From: a bacterium
Lineage (GTDB): Bacteria; Zhuqueibacterota; Zhuqueibacteria; Residuimicrobiales; Krinioviventaceae
Assembly: GCA_963693055.1 (NCBI GenBank)
Contig: OY843751.1
Location: forward strand, 1,888,001-1,952,000
Length of the DNA: 64,000 bases
Direction: 5' to 3'
The translations under genes were made by a program, and so were the position numbers. The notes below the pieces were generated by a model, which saw nothing but the letters and a program-made list of their open reading frames with translations, ran no database searches and was not told the DNA's origin. This document shows, piece by piece, positions 19,264-29,020 of this stretch (the first letter of the stretch is position 1; each line of letters starts with the position of its first letter).

Positions 19264-20625
19264 ATGAATAGTAAAGATCTTGTAATTAATGCAATACAAC
19301 GAAAACCCATTGAGCGGGTACCCTGGGTGCCTTTTGTGGGCGTGCATGGTGCTGCCTTGTTGGGTACAGATGCAAAAACGTATTTATATTCTCCGGAAAT
19401 GATATTTCAGGGAGCTAAACTTGCAGTTGATAAATATTATGCAGATGGTTTGCCGGTGACTTTTGACTTGCAGATTGAACCAGAATGTCTGGGCTGCGAA
19501 TTGAAATGGAACGATAAAAATCCACCAGCCGTTGTATCTCATCCATTGACGGATGGTGTCAGGCTTGAGGATTTAAAGGTACCGGGGCCTGATAATGGAC
19601 GAATTCCAATTGTTATGGAAGCCGCCCGCAAGATCCGCAAAGCGTTTCCTGATATTGCGCTTTATGGATTGGTTGCGGGTCCATTTACACTGGCCCTGCA
19701 TCTGCTGGGCACAGAAGTGTTTATGAAGATGTATGAATCCCCGGAATATATATATTCTGTTCTTGAATTCTGTTCGCAAGTAACCATGGCTATGACCGAT
19801 TATTATTGTGATGCCGGATGTGATATTATTGCGGTTGTTGATCCCATGACCAGCCAGATTGGTGAGGAGCAATTCAGGCAATTTGTTACAGAACCTGCCA
19901 CTGTTGTATTTGATCATATTCGTTCAAAAGGAAAATATTCATCCTTTTTTGTTTGCGGTCATGCCCAGCATAATATTAAAGCTATGTGTGAATGTGGGCC
20001 AGATAACATTTCTGTTGATGAAAATGTTCCTCTGGATTTTGTACGAGATATTGCCAAAGCTCACAATATCAGTATGGGTGGGAATTTAAAACTGACGGTG
20101 GTCTTGTTGTTTGGAGATCAGGTCGATTCGCAGCAGAATGCTATGCGTTGTATTCAACAGAGTGAGGGAGAAGGATTTATTCTCTCACCAGGTTGTGATT
20201 TGCCCTTTGATACTCCTCCCGAGAATCTGGTTGTTGTAGGTAATCTTGTCCGTGATCCTTATCAACAACAGGTTGTTCTCAGTATGGCTGCCCATACCGA
20301 GGATGACGATCTACCGGATTTGAGTAATTATGGTACAGACGGTCCTGTACAGATTGATATCATAACTCTGGACTCTGAATCTTGTCCGCCTTGTCAATAT
20401 ATGGTTGAAGCTGTGCAGCGCATCATGCCCGAATTTCATGGCAAAGTTGAATGGCGCGAGCACCCCATAAAAGAGCCGGCTGCAGTCAAATTTATGAAAG
20501 CATTGGGAGTAAAAAATATACCCACTATATGTATAGATAGTAAACCAGCTTTTGTATCTATCATTCCCAAACGGGATGAACTTGTGCAGGCAATTCAAAA
20601 TCGTATTGATGAGAAAAAGGTCTAG
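19264..20625 (+). CDS. UroD/MtaA(MT2)-family methyltransferase fused to a C-terminal thioredoxin-like (CPPC) domain
   Basis: RVPWVPF, DLQIEPECLGC, GPFTLA, VVDP, FFVCG, GGNL, FILSPGCDLP, followed by LDSESCPPCQYM and VKNIPTICID. Start placed at ATG 19264 (track uses GTG 19240). Confidence 0.85.
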   Translation: MNSKDLVINAIQRKPIERVPWVPFVGVHGAALLGTDAKTYLYSPEMIFQGAKLAVDKYYADGLPVTFDLQIEPECLGCELKWNDKNPPAVVSHPLTDGVRLEDLKVPGPDNGRIPIVMEAARKIRKAFPDIALYGLVAGPFTLALHLLGTEVFMKMYESPEYIYSVLEFCSQVTMAMTDYYCDAGCDIIAVVDPMTSQIGEEQFRQFVTEPATVVFDHIRSKGKYSSFFVCGHAQHNIKAMCECGPDNISVDENVPLDFVRDIAKAHNISMGGNLKLTVVLLFGDQVDSQQNAMRCIQQSEGEGFILSPGCDLPFDTPPENLVVVGNLVRDPYQQQVVLSMAAHTEDDDLPDLSNYGTDGPVQIDIITLDSESCPPCQYMVEAVQRIMPEFHGKVEWREHPIKEPAAVKFMKALGVKNIPTICIDSKPAFVSIIPKRDELVQAIQNRIDEKKV

Positions 20626-20632
20626 GTGAATC

Positions 20633-21568
20633 TTGGCAGAGCCAGCTAAAATCCCATTCTTTCTGGTAACCGGATTCCTGGGCAGTGGCAAAACAAGTTT
20701 TTTAAAGCAATTTATTGCCAAATATTCCAAACGTTACCGGATTGCAATCGTGCAGAATGAATTTTCATCAGTTAATATTGATGGAAAAGAATTGCAGCAT
20801 ATCGACAAATCAATCAAGCTTGTTGAGATGAATAACGGTTCTGTTTTTTGTGTTTGCATGATTTCGGATTTCAAACAAGCGTTGCATGATCTTGTTACCC
20901 AAAATGTTTATGATGCAATTGTTGTTGAAGCTACGGGCTTGGCTGATCCGATTGCGGTTACACAGGTTTTTCATGATTCTTTTCTTGCAGAAAATTTGTA
21001 TCTTGCACATATCTGGACGATAGTGGATGCCGAAAATTATTCTAAAATTGAAAAGATAAAAAGTGCGGAACGACAAATCCGTTTAGCAGATACAATTGTA
21101 TTAAACAAAATGGACCGATTTACTAGAGATGTAGAGGCTCTGACTCTAAAAGTGGCCCAAATGAACAAGACTGCAAATCTGGAATTAGCTGAATATAGCA
21201 ATATATCATTACCAGATGATTTATCTTTTATTCTTGCGGTTCCTGTTAAAGAAAAGAAATTGAGTGGTATACCGGCAAAACGACCGGCAGTTGATACCAT
21301 AGTCATTAAAGATGAGAAAAGTATTACCCAACAGCAATTTGAAATGTTTATCAAAGAGATTGTAGGGGATATATATCGCTTGAAAGGCTTTTTGAATATG
21401 GATGGAAATACTTTTCTTGTTCAAAAAACATTTGGACATATTGAATATAATAAATTACATTACAATAATAATACAGAACTGATCATAATTGGTACGGATC
21501 TGGTTAATAAACAGGTACAGCAATTATGGGTAATGTTCCACTCTGATATTAAAACAATAAAAAAATAA
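20633..21568 (+). CDS. CobW/COG0523 family G3E GTPase metallochaperone
   Basis: VTGFLGSGKT, QNEF, GSVFCVC, VEATGLADP, NKMD, and C-terminal YRLKGF. Confidence 0.9.
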   Translation: MAEPAKIPFFLVTGFLGSGKTSFLKQFIAKYSKRYRIAIVQNEFSSVNIDGKELQHIDKSIKLVEMNNGSVFCVCMISDFKQALHDLVTQNVYDAIVVEATGLADPIAVTQVFHDSFLAENLYLAHIWTIVDAENYSKIEKIKSAERQIRLADTIVLNKMDRFTRDVEALTLKVAQMNKTANLELAEYSNISLPDDLSFILAVPVKEKKLSGIPAKRPAVDTIVIKDEKSITQQQFEMFIKEIVGDIYRLKGFLNMDGNTFLVQKTFGHIEYNKLHYNNNTELIIIGTDLVNKQVQQLWVMFHSDIKTIKK

Positions 21569-21586
21569 ATTCAACTAGAGGTCGAC

Positions 21587-22252
21587 ATGAGTGAAATGAT
21601 TGAAATTTTGGCAACTTGTATTGAACGTGGTAAAGTAGACAAAAACTCTCCATTTCCTCCGGATTTAAAAGATCAGGATGGTGCGGATGAATACGCAAAA
21701 AAAGCAGTAGATGATGGATTGGCACCAGATGATATATTAAAGGCTTGTATGATTGGTATGCAGCGAATTGGTGAAAAATTCAGCAAAAACCAGGCTTTTG
21801 TGCCTGAATTGTTAATGTCTGCCAAAGCGATGAATGCTGTCATGGTACATTTGCGCCCGTTTTTTCAAAGCGGCAGTGTAAAACATAAAGGTACTTTTAT
21901 TGTAGGTACGGTTACCGGAGATTTGCATGATATTGGCAAGAATCTGGTCGCCATGGTTATTGAAGGCAATGGCTGGCAGGTTATAGATTTGGGTGTAGAT
22001 GTTTCTGCAGATAAATTTGTAAATGCTGTTAAAGAACATCCCAATTGCGTGGTGGGACTGAGCGCCTTGCTTACAACAACCATGGTGAATATGGAAAACA
22101 TTATTCAGGCTGTAAAAAATGAAAATCCGGATGTTCCGGTAATTGTTGGCGGAGCGCCATTGTCTCAGGATTTTGCAAATAAAATCAATGCCGATGGTTA
22201 TGCTACTGACCCCCATAATGCTGTTCAATTAATTTCCAAGTATGCTGCCTGA
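21587..22252 (+). CDS. Corrinoid (cobalamin-binding) methyltransferase cognate protein
   Basis: Cap domain FVPELLMSAKAM, B12 motif GDLHDIGKNLV, DLGVDV, LSALLTTTM, IVGGAP. Confidence 0.94.
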   Translation: MSEMIEILATCIERGKVDKNSPFPPDLKDQDGADEYAKKAVDDGLAPDDILKACMIGMQRIGEKFSKNQAFVPELLMSAKAMNAVMVHLRPFFQSGSVKHKGTFIVGTVTGDLHDIGKNLVAMVIEGNGWQVIDLGVDVSADKFVNAVKEHPNCVVGLSALLTTTMVNMENIIQAVKNENPDVPVIVGGAPLSQDFANKINADGYATDPHNAVQLISKYAA

Positions 22253-22265
22253 TTTCATCCCTTTT

Positions 22266-22293
22266 GCCCCTGTCAAAAACAGGGGCTTTTTTT
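22266..22293 (+). terminator. Rho-independent terminator closing the corrinoid operon
   Basis: GCCCCTGT-loop-ACAGGGGC followed by TTTTTTT. Confidence 0.88.
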
Positions 22294-22416
22294 CCGTTAA
22301 TATTGACAATTAAATAAAAAATATTGGAATTCACTGCTGAAATGTTAAATTTCAATATTGAATTCGTATTCAAAGCGTTTTTTGAATAGTACCCATTCAC
22401 TGTCAGGAGGAGCAGG

Positions 22417-24672
22417 ATGATCAAATCCATTTTTCGTATTAATCTAGTATTGCTGTTGTTTTTTTCCGTTTCATTTTCACAAAATATTTTTGATAAATTT
22501 GTGACATCTGAAAAACCTTCTACCCCGGTAGACTATGTTGATCCTTACATTGGCGGCATCAGCCATACATTGCAGCCTACCCGTCCTACAGTGCATTTGC
22601 CGCTGTCAATGGTGAGGTTGCTTCCCAATTTTTCTTCACAGATTCCGGATATTTATCTTGCTTCACGAATTGAAAGTTTTTCAATAAACATTCCATCTCA
22701 TCGTGAGCCCTATGTATCAAGTATTATGGCGTTGACTGGTGATTCAAAGGTAAATGAATATACCGGTTCCAAATTCGATCATGACTTTGAAAAAGTAACG
22801 CCTTATTTATATTCAGTTCTCCTGGAAGATGAAAATATCATTGCTGAATATACTCCCGCTCATAAGGCGCAAATGTTTCGCTTTCAGGCATTAGATGATC
22901 AACCTGTATCTGTTTTGCTTACTTTTAAAACCAATGCGCAGATCAAGATTTTGGACGATAAAACCCTTACAGGTTATGAATCTTTTAAAGATATGAAACA
23001 ATATTTCTATATGCAATTTGATCAACCTATGGATCTGCAATTCAGTAACGCGCAGGCCAAAGATGATCAATATGCCGGTGATGAAATTCAGATCCAATGT
23101 GTATTTAAAAATCCAAAATCCAACACGGTTCTTGTAAGAACGGGTATCTCTTATATCGATGATGATCAAGCGAAAGAGAATCTTGTTAAAGAGATTAACC
23201 ACTGGGATTTTGATCGTCTGGTTTCAGATGCCAAAGCCGAATGGAATAAAACATTGGGGAAAATATCTATAACCGGTGGTACAGAGGACCAAAAGGTTGT
23301 ATTTTACACTTCTCTTTATCGTTGTATGGAACGCATGGTTAACATAAACGAGTATGGTCGGTATTACAGTGGTTTTGATGACAAGGTCCACAAAGATGAT
23401 CGTGCTTTTTATGTAGATGATTGGGTTTGGGATACCTATCGTTCCCTCCATCCATTACGTCTTTTAATTATGCCGGATGTGGAACAGGATATGGTTCAGT
23501 CATATGTTACCATGTATGAACAAAGCGGCTGGGTACCCAGCTTTCCCAAGGTGTATGGAGATTATGGCGCAATGATTGGTCATCATCAGGCAGCGTTGAT
23601 TACCGATACCTATTTTAAAGGGTTCCGTAATTTTGATGTAAAAACTGCCTATGAAGGATTGAAAAAGAATGCAATGGAAGGGACCATGATCCCCTGGCGT
23701 GAAGGACCAGCAACTGTTCTAGATGATCATTACAGAAGTCATGGGTATTTCCCTGCTGTTGGTTCCGATGAAGAAGAAACCATTCCCGAAGTTCACAGTT
23801 TTGAACGCCGTCAGGCTGTTGCTGTAACTCTGGAACATGCGCATGATGATTGGTGTCTTTCCAATCTTGCTAAAGAATTGAACAAGGATGATGATTATAA
23901 AATGTTCCAGAAACGTGGACAAAATTATCGCAACCTGTTTAATCCTGAAATTGGATTTATGGCTCCAAAGGACATTAATGGTAACTGGATTCAGCCTTTT
24001 GATCCTAAAATGTCTGGTGGAATTGGCGGTCGTCTGTTTTATGCCGAGATGAACAGCTATACCTATACCTGGTATGTACCACAGGATATTGAAGGCTTGA
24101 CCGAATTGTTGGGCGGTAAAGATGCATTTGTAAACAAGCTCGATGCCATGTTTGAAGAAGGCTTTGGTCGTATCAAATGGCGCCACTTTGCACAGTTCCC
24201 CGATGCTACCGGTATGGTTGGTCAGTTTTCTATGGGTAATGAACAAAGCTTTCATATTCCTTATCTTTATTCCGCACAAGGTGTTGCCTGGAAATCTCAG
24301 AAACGTATTCGTCAATTGATGGACCAATGGTTTCGTAATGATTTAATGGGTGTCAGCGGTGATGAAGATGGTGGTGGTTTATCTTCATTTTATGTGTTCA
24401 GTGCATTGGGCTTTTACCCGGTATGCGCCGGCAACCCGGTTTATTATATTGGTACCCCATTGTTTAAAACTGCTACTCTGGATATGGGTAACGGTAAAAA
24501 GCTGGAACTGGTTGCTAATAATGTTTCTGACCAGAATAAATATATCCAGTCTATGAAACTCAATGGCAAAACATGGAATAAAGCCTGGTTTAGACAAAAA
24601 GATATTCAAGATGGTGGCAAGATCGTCTTTGAAATGGGTCCCCGTCCCAATAAAAATTGGGGAACCAATTAA
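22417..24672 (+). CDS. GH92 alpha-mannosidase
   Basis: Signal peptide, YVDPYIG, FYTSLYR, WDTYRSLHPL, MIGHH, GNEQSFHIPYLY, GDEDGGGLSSFYVFSALGFYP. Confidence 0.93.
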   Translation: MIKSIFRINLVLLLFFSVSFSQNIFDKFVTSEKPSTPVDYVDPYIGGISHTLQPTRPTVHLPLSMVRLLPNFSSQIPDIYLASRIESFSINIPSHREPYVSSIMALTGDSKVNEYTGSKFDHDFEKVTPYLYSVLLEDENIIAEYTPAHKAQMFRFQALDDQPVSVLLTFKTNAQIKILDDKTLTGYESFKDMKQYFYMQFDQPMDLQFSNAQAKDDQYAGDEIQIQCVFKNPKSNTVLVRTGISYIDDDQAKENLVKEINHWDFDRLVSDAKAEWNKTLGKISITGGTEDQKVVFYTSLYRCMERMVNINEYGRYYSGFDDKVHKDDRAFYVDDWVWDTYRSLHPLRLLIMPDVEQDMVQSYVTMYEQSGWVPSFPKVYGDYGAMIGHHQAALITDTYFKGFRNFDVKTAYEGLKKNAMEGTMIPWREGPATVLDDHYRSHGYFPAVGSDEEETIPEVHSFERRQAVAVTLEHAHDDWCLSNLAKELNKDDDYKMFQKRGQNYRNLFNPEIGFMAPKDINGNWIQPFDPKMSGGIGGRLFYAEMNSYTYTWYVPQDIEGLTELLGGKDAFVNKLDAMFEEGFGRIKWRHFAQFPDATGMVGQFSMGNEQSFHIPYLYSAQGVAWKSQKRIRQLMDQWFRNDLMGVSGDEDGGGLSSFYVFSALGFYPVCAGNPVYYIGTPLFKTATLDMGNGKKLELVANNVSDQNKYIQSMKLNGKTWNKAWFRQKDIQDGGKIVFEMGPRPNKNWGTN

Positions 24673-24677
24673 AATTT

Positions 24678-24712
24678 ATAATCCGCTCTCTGCAATGGAG
24701 GGCGGATTATTT
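24678..24712 (+). terminator. Hairpin/terminator after GH92
   Basis: ATAATCCGCTCTC...GAGGGCGGATTAT inverted repeat. Confidence 0.7.
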
Positions 24713-24768
24713 GCTGTTTTGTAGTACAATACATTTCACCCTTTACTTGCTTGTTGCAAGAGTTTGTT

Positions 24769-26628
24769 ATGAAAAAAATAATAATTTTATTGCCTTTTCT
24801 CCTGTTATCCTGTCATAAACCTGTTGAAACAATAAATTTCAAATCCGCTTGTATTGAAACGTTGACAGTTTTTACTGACACTTTATTTGATTTACAAATT
24901 AAAAACCCAAATAGTCCTGATTATGGTGCAATACAGTGCCATGCTTGTGATGTACTGCATACCCGAGCTGCAGAAGCTGTATTCCCCTTTATTGTGCGTT
25001 TCCAGGAAACCGGAGATGAAAAATGGCTCAAAGCGGCAACACGATTGGGGAATTGGCTTATTCAACAGCAGCAACCTGATGGCTCGTGGAAAGAAACACC
25101 CGAGGAATGGACCGGTACCACAACCGATCAATTGTTAATGCTGCTAAAAGCATGGCCCGTTTTAAAAACGAATTTAAATCCTAATGAAATAACTGCCTGG
25201 CAACAGTCAATGAAAAACGCCGCAGATTTTTTGGTTAAGGAGATGAGTCCTGATTTTGCCAGTATAAACTATTGCGCAACAACAACAGCAACACTGGCAT
25301 TGATGAATGAACATTTTCCTGATGTACGTTATGTTGAACAAGCCAGACAATTGGCTTTTCAGGTTTTGTCTAAGATGAATGATGATGGATTTATATGTGC
25401 AGAGGGTGATAGGGTTTATGGTGCAAAATATGGAGCGGATGTTGGATATGAAATAGACATGTCTTTGTGGGGACTGGGCATGTATGCACAAATTACAGGT
25501 GATACCCTCACAGAACGTTATGTTACAGAATCTTTAAAAAAACATCTTGCTTTTGTATATCCCAATGGGGCCATTGATGGGTCCTGGGGCATCAGATCGA
25601 ACAAATGGACAACCTATGGCAGTGAAACAGCAGATGGCTGCCAGATTTTGTTTGCAATGTTTGCAGACAAGGACCCACGTTATATAAGAGCGGCTTTTCT
25701 CAATTTGCAATATTTGAATGGAATGATTCACAACGGACTGTTAGGATACGGTCCCCAGTATTTTGAATTGTTCGACAAACCCCCATGCATTTATCCTACT
25801 TTTGTTAGATCCAAAAACTTGGCAATGGCCGCCAGCATGAATATCAATGATGTAGATATTTCCAACAGACTTTATTCTGAACAACCCGGCTTTTTTAAAT
25901 TTTATCCGTCTGTTGATGTGACTTTGGTGCGTACAAAAGAATTTATGGCTACTGTCACTGCCTATGGATACGAGGAATTAAAAAAGCGTAATAAAAGCAA
26001 ATACATGCATCGGCCAACAGGGGGATCGATATCAAATCTTTGGCTTAAAGACCATGGATTCTTGCAATTGTCAAGCCAGACAGAATATCATCGCTGGGAG
26101 CCAATGCATTTCCCTGAAATTGGTGATGTGCTGCCTTTGACATCCCGAATTGAATTTGAGAATGAAAATGGATATTTTACCAATTTATATGAATATGATG
26201 CCAGAATGGATGTTGCTGACAATGGCAAAAGTGTTACTGTGGCAGGTGAATTAAAAAATAATATGTTGTTGCAGGGTGGCGTTGCCTACAAATGGCAATA
26301 TTCATTTTCTGATAATGCAATTGTTAAAAATGTACGTCTACGATACCATGATGGAACAAGAAATGTGAAAATTGTAGAACCGATTATTATGATCAAAGAT
26401 CTGAACATTGAGCAGATTGATGAAAAAACAGTGAATATTAACGGACCCTATAAAACTATACAATTTAAAGTACTTGATGGATCTGTAACTTTGAAAAGTG
26501 GTATTGATAAAGAAAAATATTGGGCTGCTTTTCCATCTGTAAAGGCTTTTCCATTGGTGTTAGATGTAAATTGTCCCAATGATTCATTCAAACAGTCTGT
26601 ACGTTACAAGTTTCAGGTTTTGAATTAA
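24769..26628 (+). CDS. Uncharacterised lipoprotein with predicted (alpha/alpha)-toroid N-terminus and beta-sandwich C-terminus (lyase/glycosidase-like)
   Basis: MKKIIILLPFLLLSC lipobox; helical repeats (TGDEKWLKAATRLGNWLIQQQQPDGSW); CHACDVLHTR; GAIDGSWGIRSNKWTTYGS. Confidence 0.6.
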   Translation: MKKIIILLPFLLLSCHKPVETINFKSACIETLTVFTDTLFDLQIKNPNSPDYGAIQCHACDVLHTRAAEAVFPFIVRFQETGDEKWLKAATRLGNWLIQQQQPDGSWKETPEEWTGTTTDQLLMLLKAWPVLKTNLNPNEITAWQQSMKNAADFLVKEMSPDFASINYCATTTATLALMNEHFPDVRYVEQARQLAFQVLSKMNDDGFICAEGDRVYGAKYGADVGYEIDMSLWGLGMYAQITGDTLTERYVTESLKKHLAFVYPNGAIDGSWGIRSNKWTTYGSETADGCQILFAMFADKDPRYIRAAFLNLQYLNGMIHNGLLGYGPQYFELFDKPPCIYPTFVRSKNLAMAASMNINDVDISNRLYSEQPGFFKFYPSVDVTLVRTKEFMATVTAYGYEELKKRNKSKYMHRPTGGSISNLWLKDHGFLQLSSQTEYHRWEPMHFPEIGDVLPLTSRIEFENENGYFTNLYEYDARMDVADNGKSVTVAGELKNNMLLQGGVAYKWQYSFSDNAIVKNVRLRYHDGTRNVKIVEPIIMIKDLNIEQIDEKTVNINGPYKTIQFKVLDGSVTLKSGIDKEKYWAAFPSVKAFPLVLDVNCPNDSFKQSVRYKFQVLN

Positions 26629-26767
26629 CATGTTATTTTGCAATAACGTAAAAAAAGGTTTTTAGTATTCAGGTACAATTGTTTACTTGATAGAACTGTG
26701 ATTTTTTGTAAATTTATCAAGTTGAATTGTTATTCAAAATTGAATGCTGTCGTAAATGAGGATAATT

Positions 26768-27733
26768 ATGAAAAAATTAATCGTGTTGTTTGTTTTTTTC
26801 TTATCCGGAGTCACGTTTTCTACGGAATCTGATACTCTTACCGTCTTGCAGCTGACGGATATACATTTCTGTAACCTGGCGGGTTACCATCCGCGTTTTG
26901 TTGAAAAGAGAGAGCATTACGGAAATGTGGCAGCTACTTTTAAATCCTTTCTAAGTGACAAGCCAGAGCAACTCGATGCAGATATGGTTATTATTACAGG
27001 TGATCTGATCGATTACTATGAAGCAGAAACTACCAGAGGTCCCTGGCAGGCAACCCAGGTTGAGCAATTTGTCCCTCTGCTGAGTGAATGTTCTGTACCG
27101 GTTTATTTAACTTTGGGGAATCATGATATTGCATCTTATTGGATAGTTGATAATGAAAAGGAACAGTTCCAGGTTTTTGTTCAGCAGGCTCGTGCGGACT
27201 GGATCCGTAATGCACCAAGCTTTGCGCAAGGGACCTGGTACAGTCGTGATGTCAAAGTTGGCGATAATAAATTGCACTTTATGTTTTTAGATAATGGTTA
27301 CAGTTTGAATAATGGCAGTTATTTGGAAAAAACTCAACTGGATTGGATGAAAAATGATCTGAAGCAGGCGGGCGATACACCAGTGATCATCTTTATGCAT
27401 AAATACCTGCCGGTAAAGGATTATAATAATGACGGAAATGTCTTTAATAGAGATACACAATTGGAAATGAATGCTGAAACCTGCTCTGGTGGATTATTAA
27501 AAATCCTGAATGAAAATAAAAATATTCAAGCTATGATTACCGGCCATGGGCACCGCAGTATAACCGAACCCATAAAATTCCCGGCAGGTCACACAATATT
27601 GCAGGTAGAAACTGCCGCGTTTGCTCAAAATACCGAAAAGCATTGGCGAACATTAAAGATTACAGAAAATTCACTCACCTTGATGGAAACCGGTGGTAAG
27701 GGTGTTGAACAGGTTTTTGAATTTAATCATTAA
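26768..27733 (+). CDS. Secreted calcineurin-like metallophosphoesterase
   Basis: LTDIH, ITGDLID, LGNHD, FMH and GHGH metal-binding motifs; signal peptide. Confidence 0.9.
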   Translation: MKKLIVLFVFFLSGVTFSTESDTLTVLQLTDIHFCNLAGYHPRFVEKREHYGNVAATFKSFLSDKPEQLDADMVIITGDLIDYYEAETTRGPWQATQVEQFVPLLSECSVPVYLTLGNHDIASYWIVDNEKEQFQVFVQQARADWIRNAPSFAQGTWYSRDVKVGDNKLHFMFLDNGYSLNNGSYLEKTQLDWMKNDLKQAGDTPVIIFMHKYLPVKDYNNDGNVFNRDTQLEMNAETCSGGLLKILNENKNIQAMITGHGHRSITEPIKFPAGHTILQVETAAFAQNTEKHWRTLKITENSLTLMETGGKGVEQVFEFNH

Positions 27734-27751
27734 TTGATTTGGTGAATTAAA

Positions 27752-28984
27752 ATGAAAAAAAAATATCTGATATTTTCGCTCTTGATTTTCTTTCAACCGC
27801 TTTATTCTCAGGATCTGGGTGAGGTGCTTCCCCAATGGTCTGAAGGATATATGGATATTCACCACATAAATACTGGTAAAGGCGAAAGTGTGTTGTGTGT
27901 CTTGCCAGATGGTACTACGCTGTTAATAGATGCTGGCGCTACCAATCGTCCCAAGCCCAGGGTGACAGACCCCAGGCCAGATGGAAGCAAAACCCCGGGC
28001 GAATGGATTACCCGATATATAAGCCACATGCTTTCTTTCAAGTCAGATATAATGCTGGATTATGTTTTGCTTACCCATTTTCATAATGATCATATGGGTA
28101 GTATTTCCGACGAATCCCCGTTATCCTCAAATCAAAGCTATCGGTTGTCCGGTTTAACCGAGGTGGGGGATAATATACCAATCAAAAAATTAGTTGATCG
28201 TGCCTGGCCGGATTATAATTTTCCGTATCCGCTTAAAAGTCGTATGATTGAGAATTACCGCCAATTTCTTGACTGGCATATAGAAAATTCGGGGTTGATC
28301 GCTGAAAAAATTATCCCCGGTAGTAATGAGCAATTTGTATTAAAAAATGATCCTGCAAAATATCCGGGATTTGAGATCAGAAATATTGCTGCAAATGGAG
28401 AGGTATGGACAGGTGTGGCAAATAATACCACACATCATTTTCCTCTTATTGAAACTTTAGATAAATCTCAATATCCTTCAGAAAATATGTGCAGCAGTGC
28501 TATAAAAATATCATACGGTAGTTTTGATTATTTTAATGGTGGAGATATTACCGGTGTGCTTGATGAAAATTCTCCCGTATGGAGAGATGTTGAAACGCCG
28601 GTAGCAAAAGCCGTTGGACCAGTTGAAGTGAACGAATTGAATCATCATGGGTATACCGATTCTGAAAATGCGTTTTTTGTGAGCACACTCGCTCCTCAGG
28701 TTCACATATTGCAGGTTTGGTCGCCAAGCCATCCTACAATGCGCGTATTGCGTCGGTTACTTTCCACAGATTTGTATCCCGGGCCCCGAGATATTTTTGC
28801 AACCAATATGATGCAGGAGAACAAGGTCGTATTAGGCAGCAATCTGAGTAAATTGAAAAGTGATCAAGGGCATATTCTTGTTAGAGTTGAACCTGGTGGT
28901 AATACTTTTCATGTCATTATTCTGGATGATGCTGCTGAAAGTTATAAAGTGAAATCCGTTCATGGGCCTTATAAAAGCCGATGA
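27752..28984 (+). CDS. Secreted MBL-fold metallo-hydrolase (ComEC/Rec2-like)
   Basis: HHINTGKGES, LLIDAG, THFHNDHMG (HxHxDH), GGD, NHHG; signal peptide. Confidence 0.88.
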   Translation: MKKKYLIFSLLIFFQPLYSQDLGEVLPQWSEGYMDIHHINTGKGESVLCVLPDGTTLLIDAGATNRPKPRVTDPRPDGSKTPGEWITRYISHMLSFKSDIMLDYVLLTHFHNDHMGSISDESPLSSNQSYRLSGLTEVGDNIPIKKLVDRAWPDYNFPYPLKSRMIENYRQFLDWHIENSGLIAEKIIPGSNEQFVLKNDPAKYPGFEIRNIAANGEVWTGVANNTTHHFPLIETLDKSQYPSENMCSSAIKISYGSFDYFNGGDITGVLDENSPVWRDVETPVAKAVGPVEVNELNHHGYTDSENAFFVSTLAPQVHILQVWSPSHPTMRVLRRLLSTDLYPGPRDIFATNMMQENKVVLGSNLSKLKSDQGHILVRVEPGGNTFHVIILDDAAESYKVKSVHGPYKSR

Positions 28985-29020
28985 TTTTACCAGAACCAAA
29001 TACCTGAAAGCGAGAAAAGG

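Noticed and set aside
26629-26767. Possible cobalamin riboswitch ahead of the TonB operon or the corrinoid operon
   Set aside because: The intergenic regions are short and AT-rich, with no recognisable B12-box or GGGAA/GCCACTG elements.
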